Assembly: GCF_900119485.1 (NCBI RefSeq)
Contig: NZ_FPJZ01000006.1
Coordinates: forward strand, 91,263-123,262
Length of the DNA stretch: 32,000 nt
DNA from: Thermoactinomyces sp. DSM 45891
Lineage (GTDB): Bacteria; Bacillota; Bacilli; Thermoactinomycetales; Thermoactinomycetaceae
Reading direction: 5' to 3'
Part shown: positions 19,104 to 27,384 of the stretch, piece after piece
Layout: every line of letters starts with the position of its first letter
How positions within the stretch are numbered: position 1 is the first letter of the stretch
Translations under genes and position numbers: made by a program
Notes under the pieces: generated by a model
What the model was told of the DNA's origin: nothing
The model's database searches: none
What the model saw: only the letters and a program-made list of their open reading frames with translations

Positions 19104-19624
19104 TATGGTTCGAGTAGTTGCATTTGGCTAAATGGCATTAGAACAAGCTCAGCTCGGCCGACAACCTCTTTTTCATCAACCGGCCCAATGGCGCGACTAT
19201 CCTCACTGTGAGGGCGATTATCCCCTAACACATAGATTTCTCCTTTAGGCACGACCACTTCTTCAAAAGAGGTGCTAGGATCTATTTGATTAGCAATGTA
19301 CGACTCGCCTACTTCTTTTTCATTACGAAATAACTTCCCATTGGTAATCTTAATATGATCACCAGGTAGGCCAATCACCCGCTTAATAAAATCCTTATCC
19401 TTCGTAGAGTGGAAAACGACGATTTCTCCATATTTAGGCTCTTTGATCTTATAAATAAACTTATTGACTATCAAAAGTTCATTCCCCTTCAGTGTCGGAT
19501 ACATCGATTCACCTTTTACTTGATAAGGTGCGAAAAAAATATATCGACAGACAAGTAGAATCGCCGTAGCCACCAAAGCCGCCATGAGCCATTCACGAAG
19601 TGTCCTATTCTCCCCTGCCATCAT
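19103..19624 (-). CDS. Signal peptidase I (SipS/LepB type)
   Basis: An N-terminal TM helix, then GESMYPTL (catalytic Ser box), KRVIGLPGD (Lys box) and GDNRPHSEDSR (box E). Confidence 0.88.
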   Translation of the reverse strand: MMAGENRTLREWLMAALVATAILLVCRYIFFAPYQVKGESMYPTLKGNELLIVNKFIYKIKEPKYGEIVVFHSTKDKDFIKRVIGLPGDHIKITNGKLFRNEKEVGESYIANQIDPSTSFEEVVVPKGEIYVLGDNRPHSEDSRAIGPVDEKEVVGRAELVLMPFSQMQLLEP

Positions 19625-19648
19625 GATCCTCCTGCTCTTACGCCCAAT

Positions 19649-21646
19649 TTATTTTACACGTGTCCCATTCGGAATATCAGCAGAGACAGTAGAAAGCACT
19701 AATCTCTCTCCTTCTTTCGCTGCTAGGATCATACCTTCTGATTGTTCGCCCCGTAATTTTACTGGCTTTAGGTTGGTAACAACGATTACCTTCGTACCCA
19801 CAATCTCTTGTGGTTGGTAAAACTCAGCAATTCCAGAGACTACTTGACGTTTCTGAGTTCCCAGATCCAGTTGCAACTTAAGAAGGCGATTCGCCCCTTT
19901 TACTGACTCTGCCTCTAGAATCTCGCCCACTTTTAACTCTACCTTCATAAATTCATCAATGCTGATGAAGTCATCTTGTACTTGTACTTCCACCACCTCT
20001 TGCTTCGTTCCTGCTCCAGATTCCGCTTGATCAATGCCTTTATGCTGAGTTGCTGTATCTTTCATCATTTGAACGATTGCCTCCACTTCCACTTTTCCGT
20101 CTAAACGCGGAAAGATTGGATTTTGTTTATGAATCCGCACACCTGAACCAAGCCCACCAAATTGGTAAATGCTTTCCCACTTCTTCTCTTCCTCTGTCTG
20201 AATTCCTATCTGCTCCCAGATTAAAAGCGGTGTCTTTACTAAGAAGGGTTGGATACAAACACTTACAATCCGGACTATCTCCAGTAAAGAGTATAGTACA
20301 GAACCTAATACTGAGTGATTTGCATGATCTTTAGCTAGATTCCACGGAGCATTATTCTCAATGTATTTATTCCCAGCACGCACGAGCTCCCATACTGAAG
20401 ATAGCGCTACCGAAAACTGGAGATTTTCCATCGCGTTTTCAAAACGTGTCACCACTTGATGCACAAGTGCTTGTAACTCGGCATCATAAGAGGTTGCTCC
20501 TTCTACATAAGCCGGAATCACACCGTCGAAATACTTTTCCACCATGGTAAGAGTGCGATGTAATAAATTTCCGAGATCGTTGGCAAGATCGGCGTTTACA
20601 CGTTCCACAAATGCTTCTGGAGTGAAGACACCATCTTGCCCAAACGGAACCTCTCGCAGGAGGAAATAGCGATATGCATCTAGACCATACCGATCGATCA
20701 ATGAAACAGGATCTATCACATTTCCCTTTGACTTAGACATCTTGTCTCCATTCACCAAGAAAAAGCCATGAGCAAAGACTTTCTTAGGTAGCGGAAGATC
20801 AAGCGCCATCAGGAAAATAGGCCAGTAAATACTATGGAAACGAACGATATCCTTTCCGATCAAATGGACATCTGCTGGCCAATAGTTAGCAAATTTATGC
20901 CGTAAGGATTCCTCATCCGCTTCATAACCAATTGCGGTAATGTAATTAGACAATGCATCTAACCATACATACATCACTTGCTCTGGATCGTTTGGTAGAG
21001 GAATTCCCCAGCTAAAAGTAGATCGAGAAATACACAAATCTTCTAAGCCCGGCTTAATAAAGTTTTGAAGCATTTCGTTTTTCCGAGAAATAGGCTCAAT
21101 AAACTCGGGGTGCGCTTCATAATACTGAACAAGTCGATCCGCGTAATTACTCATACGGAAAAAGTAGCTTTTCTCTTTAATTTTATTAACGGCGCGCCCG
21201 CAATCCGGACAGTTTCCATCCTTTAATTGGCGGTCCGTGAAAAATGCTTCGCAGTCAACACAGTAGAAACCTTCATATTCACCTAAGTAGATATCCCCTT
21301 GCTCTAAAAAACGTTGGAAAATTTTTTGTACTACTTTTTTATGACGGTCTTCCGTAGTTCGGATATAATCATCATAGGAAATATCTAGTTTACTCCATAA
21401 CTCTTTGATTCCCGCCACGATCTCATCCACAAATTCAATCGGGGTCTTGCCCATCTGTTCTGCTTTCCGCTCGATCTTTTGTCCGTGCTCATCCGTTCCT
21501 GTGAGGTACATCACATCATACCCTCTAAGCCGCTTATATCTAGCCATCACATCACCCGCTACCGTTGTATAGGTGTGCCCGATATGTAGCTTGCTACTCG
21601 GATAATAAATCGGGGTTGTAATATAGTATGTCTTCTGATTTTCCAT
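19649..21646 (-). CDS. metG: Methionine--tRNA ligase with C-terminal tRNA-binding (EMAP/Trbp111-like) domain
   Basis: HIGH motif (KLHIGHTYT), KMSKS motif (DKMSKSKGN), a CxxC...CPDC zinc knuckle, and a C-terminal OB-fold (KVGEILEAESV...LKL). Confidence 0.96.
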   Translation of the reverse strand: MENQKTYYITTPIYYPSSKLHIGHTYTTVAGDVMARYKRLRGYDVMYLTGTDEHGQKIERKAEQMGKTPIEFVDEIVAGIKELWSKLDISYDDYIRTTEDRHKKVVQKIFQRFLEQGDIYLGEYEGFYCVDCEAFFTDRQLKDGNCPDCGRAVNKIKEKSYFFRMSNYADRLVQYYEAHPEFIEPISRKNEMLQNFIKPGLEDLCISRSTFSWGIPLPNDPEQVMYVWLDALSNYITAIGYEADEESLRHKFANYWPADVHLIGKDIVRFHSIYWPIFLMALDLPLPKKVFAHGFFLVNGDKMSKSKGNVIDPVSLIDRYGLDAYRYFLLREVPFGQDGVFTPEAFVERVNADLANDLGNLLHRTLTMVEKYFDGVIPAYVEGATSYDAELQALVHQVVTRFENAMENLQFSVALSSVWELVRAGNKYIENNAPWNLAKDHANHSVLGSVLYSLLEIVRIVSVCIQPFLVKTPLLIWEQIGIQTEEEKKWESIYQFGGLGSGVRIHKQNPIFPRLDGKVEVEAIVQMMKDTATQHKGIDQAESGAGTKQEVVEVQVQDDFISIDEFMKVELKVGEILEAESVKGANRLLKLQLDLGTQKRQVVSGIAEFYQPQEIVGTKVIVVTNLKPVKLRGEQSEGMILAAKEGERLVLSTVSADIPNGTRVK

Positions 21647-21661
21647 CTAAAAAACTCCTTT

Positions 21662-21959
21662 CTGTATACAAAAAATAAAAATCCCACCCCTTAATTTTGG
21701 GGCGAGATTGGAATCACGCGGTACCACCCAATTTTCGTATAGAACCTTTTACCGATTCAGATACGCTCTGGTCAACCCGTTATCGCTGGTGTGCGTCCCC
21801 TCCTACTTAAACCAGTCATTCGACTCGTGTTCAGAAGGGAAGTCTCATGGACCATGTTCATCTACTATTCCTATACCGGCTTTCACCTGACCCGGCTCTC
21901 TGGAGATAGGCTTCCTAGATTACTCTCCCAATCACAGACATAGATGTAAAGATGTCAAT
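21662..21959 (-). promoter_or_regulatory. T-box riboswitch leader (methionine specifier) controlling metG
   Basis: The minus strand carries the T-box sequence AAUUGGGUGGUACCGCG (plus coordinates about 21714-21732). Stem I elements are AGAGAG and GGUGAAAG. The specifier loop is AGUAG-AUG-AAC, with AUG followed by a purine. The terminator is CUCGCCCC-AAAAUUAA-GGGGUGGG followed by UUUUUAUUUUUU. The UGGU bulge fits an A73 discriminator base. Confidence 0.85.
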
Positions 21960-21965
21960 AAGCAT

Positions 21966-21995
21966 ATTATATGCAAACTTATTTTCAATTTGCAA
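21966..21995 (-). promoter_or_regulatory. Likely sigma-A promoter of the metG T-box leader
   Basis: The minus strand reads TTGCAA-18 nt-TATAAT. The TSS would fall about 25 nt before Stem I. An alternative, TTGACA-16 nt-TGTGAT, lies just downstream. Confidence 0.45.
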
Positions 21996-22077
21996 CCAAT
22001 CCCTTTTCAGAAGATCAATGGACTTCTTATTCCATTATCATAGTTTACCCGTTTCATATTCTCTTTGCCCATCTCTT

Positions 22078-22911
22078 CTATAGAAATGAGTCAATTTCTA
22101 CTACTCTATCTAACCACTCATTGCAGAGGCGATGGAGTAGTAACGGTTGCTCGAGTTGTAGGTTATGCCCTGCCCGGTCTAATACAGCAAAGGTGCAGCG
22201 CGGAAATTTTTCTAATAGGCGCCAAGCATCTTGATATCCTACCATCGAATCTTGTCGACCCGTTACTAGGAGGACAGGCTTTTCAAAGGAAGAGATTGTC
22301 TGATCAACATCAAAAGAAAAGGCATATTGACTTAGAAGTTTGTCTATAAAGCCGGCGTCTGCCATGGAGCGACCGGGCAGAATTTCGTTACGATATCGAT
22401 TCCAATAGTCTTCATTTTGTACAATCGCTAGGGATTGAAAGTCTTCTTTTTCTTCCCGATTCAACTGGGATAATAGATTCTCATCTTGATAGATCACTTG
22501 ACGTAGAGGAAGATCTCTCTCATTTTTATCAGGAACAATCATCGGGCAAATTAGGGCAGCCCCGCCTACTTGCTCTCTTTTCTTCGAGATAATCCCTCTT
22601 GTGAGATATCCGCCGTATGATTGCCCGACTACTAGGAAGGATTCCTCAGGTATCGTTTGATCTAGAAACTGAAGTACCTTTTCTAACATCTCATCAGAGC
22701 CGCTCATCTCATGGTACCCTTTGCTCTCCCCCATCCCAGGTAGGTCGATATAAATTCGTTTCCACTCTTCATCTCTTGCAGAAAAGATAGGCTCCATAAA
22801 ACCAGTCATCGATCGATGATCCAGTGTCAAACCATGTATGATGAGAACAGGACGGCCTGAACCGTAGATATGATAAGGAATTTTTATATTACCAATCGTA
22901 CACTCCATCAT
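22078..22911 (-). CDS. Alpha/beta-fold hydrolase
   Basis: PVLIIHGLTLDHRS (oxyanion region), the nucleophile elbow GQSYGG, and a C-terminal DRAGHNLQLEQP (catalytic His). It has its own candidate promoter (TTGTTA-16-TAGAGT) and SD downstream of the herA terminator. Confidence 0.8.
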   Translation of the reverse strand: MMECTIGNIKIPYHIYGSGRPVLIIHGLTLDHRSMTGFMEPIFSARDEEWKRIYIDLPGMGESKGYHEMSGSDEMLEKVLQFLDQTIPEESFLVVGQSYGGYLTRGIISKKREQVGGAALICPMIVPDKNERDLPLRQVIYQDENLLSQLNREEKEDFQSLAIVQNEDYWNRYRNEILPGRSMADAGFIDKLLSQYAFSFDVDQTISSFEKPVLLVTGRQDSMVGYQDAWRLLEKFPRCTFAVLDRAGHNLQLEQPLLLHRLCNEWLDRVVEIDSFL

Positions 22912-22949
22912 TCGTCACCCTTCACTCTAACTAGTGTGACCAGCATAAC

Positions 22950-22986
22950 AAAAAGCTACCAGCCTTCTCAAGTTTGGTAGCTTTTT
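22950..22986 (-). terminator. Intrinsic terminator after herA (bidirectional shape)
   Basis: aaaaa-gctacca-(13-nt loop)-tggtagc-ttttt. Confidence 0.65.
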
Positions 22987-23025
22987 GGCTTACATAATAG
23001 TCCTGATAGATGGATCACACTCCCA

Positions 23026-24864
23026 CTACACCAACTCAAATCGAGTCGCAAACGGAGACTCTACCCTCTTAACTTTCCCATCCCTCGCCCATTGCTCCAA
23101 CTCCTGGTGCAGACGATGCAAATCCCAACTCAAGCCAGTCTTCGAATTTAACTTTTCTAGCATCGGCAGAAAATCACTATCGAAAAAAGGAAACAAATCC
23201 CGAAGCGCCTCTAAAACCTGATCATCCTGATCCTGCTGAAATTGGGCCAATTCATCAAACGGATTCGATAAATGAGGACTATGCGTATACGCAGTCCGAA
23301 TCCGAATAAAAACCGTTCTCCCAAAAGCCGCCGAAGAAACAAAGGTATCTCCTGAGCGTAAATAAGGCAGACGCTTCCCCTCTTCATTCGTCAAATCTGT
23401 CTCTTCCTTTAAAGTAGCAATATCCGTTCCACGCACCGTCCGAAATACTAACTTCGTATTTAGTTGAGCGGTAATAGTCTCATCTAACAACGTTGGCCTC
23501 TGGGTAGCAAGGATCAAGAAAACACCGTACTTACGGCCTTCTTGAGCAATTTCCTTTAAAATAGACTTAGCCGGGGATTCCACTGCTTTCGGTGCAAAAT
23601 TATGTGCTTCGTCTGTTACAATAACAAATGGTGGGAAGAAATGGCCCTCCTCCCCATTCGTGCGTGCATCTTTATACTCCCTTCGCTTTCGATATAATGC
23701 GCCTGTCACATACGTAGCAAACACCTGCAAAATCCAAGTGGACCCTTGTACTACTACTAATTTCCCTTGCTCAAGCCCCCTCTGAATCGCATCGATATTT
23801 TGTTGAAAAAGCCCCGCCCTCTCCAAACGCTGAAGCCGCCAATGTACCCCCTTCACCGATGAATGAGGCATCGTACCATATTCTTGCAGAAGCTGATTTA
23901 AATCGCGAATCCGTTGCACTTGAATCGGCGTCAGATCATCACTGCGAAGCTGTTTCTCTAAGCCTGCTTTCCCTTCCTCGAGTGCCTGTACCAGATTACT
24001 TACCCGATCACTAAAACTATTATAGGTATCCCTACGCTTATGAAGCATCTGAATCGCATTCACCATCGGCTCCGAAAGCCCGCCTCCAGAAGCCCCCAGA
24101 AGTTCGACGAGATCTCGTGTATTTAATTCGCTAAACGAAACCCCTACTTCCCGACCAATCTGCACCACAACGGAGCGATCTTGCAGATCTGGACATAGAT
24201 GGGCTGTCTCCTCCCCAATATGACGAAAATCCATCTCAAAATGAGGGTCAAAGACAACCGTTGGAATCCGTAACTTCATGATCTCTTCTAACATCACCCT
24301 TAGGCCAAACGATTTCCCCGAACCAGACCCCCCGAAGACACCAATATGCGGATACTGTTGCATCGTTCGAATATCAAAGATAAACGGAACACCTTTCTGA
24401 TCCCTAATGACTCCCTGCTCCATCATCATCATCTGATTCTGTAGCTCTCGATCCATATCATGTGCCATCGGCTCCGTTCCTCGGATCTCCCCGAGTACCA
24501 TTCCTGCTCTAGGTGTTGATTTCACCAGCAAATGACGAACCTCATAAAATTGAGGCAAGCGAACCTGACAACCAGTACGAATCGGATGAGCTGCCTCTTC
24601 AAACAGCCTTACCTTGGCAATATTAATCTCATCCGCATCGATGTTATATCCAATCTGTTCAAGCGTATGTAAGACTTGTTGATCAACCATTGACTTATCA
24701 TATCCCATTGGGATTAACCGATTATATGAAAGTGTCTCAACAACTTCTCCCTTCGGATGATAGAGAGCCGCATCTTCAATCACTAGAATTTCGTTCATGC
24801 GAAACTTACGATCTTTCGATACCACATGTACTTCCTGCTGTGATGTAACTCCAACTACCTGCAT
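23026..24864 (-). CDS. herA: HerA/FtsK-clade P-loop ATPase (DUF87-like, HerA-type helicase/translocase)
   Basis: 612 aa. Walker A is GVFGGSGSGKSF (nt 24307-24342) and Walker B is FVIVTDEAHNF. ILATQRPT is typical of the FtsK-HerA superfamily. A beta-rich N-terminal region of about 110 aa is consistent with a HAS barrel. A GGAGGG SD lies 9 nt upstream. It sits 29 nt downstream of the NurA-like gene. Confidence 0.85.
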   Translation of the reverse strand: MQVVGVTSQQEVHVVSKDRKFRMNEILVIEDAALYHPKGEVVETLSYNRLIPMGYDKSMVDQQVLHTLEQIGYNIDADEINIAKVRLFEEAAHPIRTGCQVRLPQFYEVRHLLVKSTPRAGMVLGEIRGTEPMAHDMDRELQNQMMMMEQGVIRDQKGVPFIFDIRTMQQYPHIGVFGGSGSGKSFGLRVMLEEIMKLRIPTVVFDPHFEMDFRHIGEETAHLCPDLQDRSVVVQIGREVGVSFSELNTRDLVELLGASGGGLSEPMVNAIQMLHKRRDTYNSFSDRVSNLVQALEEGKAGLEKQLRSDDLTPIQVQRIRDLNQLLQEYGTMPHSSVKGVHWRLQRLERAGLFQQNIDAIQRGLEQGKLVVVQGSTWILQVFATYVTGALYRKRREYKDARTNGEEGHFFPPFVIVTDEAHNFAPKAVESPAKSILKEIAQEGRKYGVFLILATQRPTLLDETITAQLNTKLVFRTVRGTDIATLKEETDLTNEEGKRLPYLRSGDTFVSSAAFGRTVFIRIRTAYTHSPHLSNPFDELAQFQQDQDDQVLEALRDLFPFFDSDFLPMLEKLNSKTGLSWDLHRLHQELEQWARDGKVKRVESPFATRFELV

Positions 24865-24893
24865 AAAAAAATTCCCTCCATCTTATATTCAAC

Positions 24894-25847
24894 TTATATC
24901 ACTCGCTCACTTCTCTTTGGACTTAATAAACGATGACGCAAATCAGGATCAATATACTGATCTACCATTGTCTGTACCAGCGGATTCGTAACGCGAACTT
25001 CTTGATCCACAATATCAAGCCAATAAGGAATCCCCCGTCCCTGCATAGGAGTAAGCGAATAAATCAATCGGAGTAGCGAGAGTCGCTCTTGCTTCTGAAG
25101 CAATAAGCCATCCACTCCGACCGGTGCTGGACTATAAGAGGGCCGAAAAACCATTTTCCACATTTTCGTTCCCGCAGGACTCCACTCTGACCACTCATAC
25201 GCTTCGCCAACATCTAGCAAGCCGTAAAGTAAATCCCGATCCGACCATGCTGGATGCTCAGGAAATAACTGCTTTGCGAGCCCACGAGACCCTACTTCCT
25301 CAGCAATCCCTACTATTAGCACGCCGCTTTCTACTGCCAATTCCGCCACCTTGTCCCATTCATCCGCATCATCAAAATGATAATGCAGCAGTGAACCATC
25401 CATCATCACAACATGCGGCTTCCAATCTCGAATTGCCTTTTTCGTCACCTTTAGCTCTAAACGAGACAGCCTCGCACCACGTTTCTGCGCTTCACGGGCT
25501 AACAAACCCTCTGCCTCCCACTCATCCTGGATCAAAGGAGTATATACATCTGCTTCCCAGGCTTCCTCTCCTTGTGTTCCTTTTGCCAACGCTTGAAATA
25601 CAGAAAGCGTCCTCATCTCAATTCCTTTCGTTGAATTTACCGAGCCGTCTATCCCAACAACACTCTTTCCTTTTACCCAATCCTGTAATTGCTGATCACT
25701 AAATCGCTCAATCCGAACAAACTCTCCAATCTCAGAGAGATGCTCACGAATTCTTTGCGGATGTAATAGCTCACCAGGATAGGTCTCCCTTAATTTTATA
25801 TTTAATCTCTTTAGTTTTAACTGAAGTTCTTCTGATACTTTAAACAT
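24894..25847 (-). CDS. nurA: NurA-like nuclease (partner of HerA)
   Basis: 317 aa from ATG 25847 (GGAGGG 8 nt upstream). The track ORF starts 20 codons earlier with no SD. VVGIDGSVNS and VVMMDGSLL resemble the acidic-residue DGS motifs of the NurA/RNase H-like fold. Tight genetic pairing with herA supports the call. I could not run a profile search. Confidence 0.7.
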   Translation of the reverse strand: MFKVSEELQLKLKRLNIKLRETYPGELLHPQRIREHLSEIGEFVRIERFSDQQLQDWVKGKSVVGIDGSVNSTKGIEMRTLSVFQALAKGTQGEEAWEADVYTPLIQDEWEAEGLLAREAQKRGARLSRLELKVTKKAIRDWKPHVVMMDGSLLHYHFDDADEWDKVAELAVESGVLIVGIAEEVGSRGLAKQLFPEHPAWSDRDLLYGLLDVGEAYEWSEWSPAGTKMWKMVFRPSYSPAPVGVDGLLLQKQERLSLLRLIYSLTPMQGRGIPYWLDIVDQEVRVTNPLVQTMVDQYIDPDLRHRLLSPKRSERVI

Positions 25848-25956
25848 ATCAATCACCCTCCATATGAATCTAACCCTCATCTGCAAACCTTTAATAGCCA
25901 ATTTCATCTACTTTTGTCTAAATCAAGAAATTTTCTATAAAACTCCTAAAGAATTA

Positions 25957-25985
25957 TTGACTGACATGGTAATCGCTGGTATGAT
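25957..25985 (+). promoter_or_regulatory. abrB sigma-A promoter
   Basis: TTGACT (25957-25962), a 17-nt spacer, then TATGAT (25980-25985). It lies about 90 nt upstream of the abrB ATG. Confidence 0.6.
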
Positions 25986-26002
25986 GATTTTGACATCAAA
26001 TA

Positions 26003-26009
26003 TGTCGAA
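26003..26009 (+). promoter_or_regulatory. Spo0A box (TGNCGAA) just downstream of the abrB promoter
   Basis: An exact TGTCGAA lies at about +11 to +18 relative to the predicted TSS. This parallels the downstream 0A boxes that mediate Spo0A~P repression of B. subtilis abrB. Confidence 0.45.
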
Positions 26010-26077
26010 ATTTGACGTATATTTTAAAAAGAGATGATCGAAACCAATGGAACGCCAGAATTGAGGGGAGATTTCAA

Positions 26078-26353
26078 ATGCTAAAATCAACTGGTATTGT
26101 ACGTAAGGTAGACGAGCTAGGTCGTGTCGTAATCCCTATCGAGCTTCGTCGTACGCTAGGCATTGGCGAAAAGGATGCATTGGAAATCTATGTAGACGGT
26201 GAGCGCATCGTTCTTAAAAAATACGAGCCTGCTTGCATTTTTACTGGTGAAGTGGACGAAACCGTTCGTTACAAAAACAAAGTAGTTAGCAGAAAGTGTA
26301 TCGAAGAAATGTATTCTCTCATCGAAGCAAATGATTCCGTAATCGCTGAATAA
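26078..26353 (+). CDS. abrB: Transition-state regulator AbrB
   Basis: MLKSTGIVRKVDELGRVVIPIELRRTLGIGEKDALEIYVDGERIVLKKY is nearly identical to the B. subtilis AbrB N-domain. I set the start at ATG 26078 (GAGGGGAG SD). The track ORF carries a 22-codon upstream extension. Confidence 0.92.
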   Translation: MLKSTGIVRKVDELGRVVIPIELRRTLGIGEKDALEIYVDGERIVLKKYEPACIFTGEVDETVRYKNKVVSRKCIEEMYSLIEANDSVIAE

Positions 26354-26454
26354 TTTGTGTCGCTCTTATATACCATATCATAACAATATTGGTAGATGTA
26401 TGAATCACATAAGATTTTCAATTCCAGAACACATAGTATATTTTGATTAGGAAG

Positions 26455-26506
26455 AAAAAAACCAGTTAAATCTCCAGATACACTACCGAGATTCAACTGG
26501 TTTTTT
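26455..26506. terminator. Bidirectional intrinsic terminator shared by convergent abrB and rsmI
   Basis: A 13-bp stem, ccagttaaatctc / gagattcaactgg (1 mismatch), flanked by a 7-nt A-run and a 6-nt T-run. Confidence 0.7.
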
Positions 26507-26511
26507 CGATC

Positions 26512-27384
26512 TTATGTGTGATAAAGATTATATACCTCTCTTTTTCCCACATCACGATCCTTCGATGTTTGCAGTATCGCATCTTTTGTAGTCATCCCTT
26601 GACGCAGGTAGTGCTCAACATGTTCAATCACTTCCAAACTAGACCACCATGCTGGAGGCTCCTGATTAAATTCAGACGGATCAGCCCCTTCAAGGATACA
26701 TACATACTCTCCTCTGACTCCATTCTCCTTTATATACGACAAACATTCTGAAAGCGGTCCTCTTAACCACTCTTCATGTTTCTTTGTTAATTCCCTCGCA
26801 ATCGCAACTTGGCGATCTCCAAGAGCATCCATCGCATCTGAAAGTAGGTCCACCAATCGATGAGGAGCTTCATAACAAATCAATGTGACAGGCATCGTTG
26901 CCCATTTCTTTAACTCTTTTCTGCGATCTTTTTTCTCTCGTGGAAAAAAACCCAAAAATAAAAATGGTTGCGGGATCAGCCCAGAGGCAACTAACGCTGT
27001 AAGAGCAGCGCTCGGACCTGGAATGGGTACTACAGTAATTCCTTCTTGAACTGCCTCACGAACAATCACCTCTCCTGGATCAGAGATTCCCGGCATTCCA
27101 GCATCACTTACTAACGCAATTGATTTGCCCTCTAGGAGTTGTTGGATTAAAAATTTCCCTTTTGATTTTTCGTTATGCTCATGATAGCTCGTTAGCGAAG
27201 TCGAAAACTGAAAAGCAGAGAGTAGCTTTTTGGTATGCCTTGTATCTTCTGCCGCAATCAAATCAACGTTAGCTAAAACCTCTCTGGCCCGTGGAGAAAA
27301 GTCTTGTAAATTCCCGATCGGAGTTCCTACTACATAAAGAATTCCTGTTTTGCTCGACTCATCAAAACTCTTCTGAACGTTCAT
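26512..27384 (-). CDS. rsmI: 16S rRNA (cytidine1402-2'-O)-methyltransferase
   Basis: GILYVVGTPIGNLQDFSPRA, AEDTRHT and SDAGMPGISDPG are RsmI/YabC signatures. Confidence 0.93.
   Translation of the reverse strand: MNVQKSFDESSKTGILYVVGTPIGNLQDFSPRAREVLANVDLIAAEDTRHTKKLLSAFQFSTSLTSYHEHNEKSKGKFLIQQLLEGKSIALVSDAGMPGISDPGEVIVREAVQEGITVVPIPGPSAALTALVASGLIPQPFLFLGFFPREKKDRRKELKKWATMPVTLICYEAPHRLVDLLSDAMDALGDRQVAIARELTKKHEEWLRGPLSECLSYIKENGVRGEYVCILEGADPSEFNQEPPAWWSSLEVIEHVEHYLRQGMTTKDAILQTSKDRDVGKREVYNLYHT

Noticed and set aside
25124-25702. 192-aa plus-strand ORF inside the nurA region
   Set aside because: It lies antisense to a well-supported gene. The translation is low-complexity and Pro/Ser/Leu/His-rich, there is no SD, and it looks like a typical shadow ORF.
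21960-25956. Direct repeats or att-like sites flanking the nurA-herA-hydrolase block
   Set aside because: By eye, only a shared 7-mer (tgcaaac) occurs at both borders, which is not significant. There is no integrase or transposase. A computational repeat search is needed.
26269-26496. 75-aa minus-strand ORF in the abrB-rsmI convergent spacer
   Set aside because: It overlaps the abrB 3' end and runs through the bidirectional terminator. It has no SD and an implausible composition.
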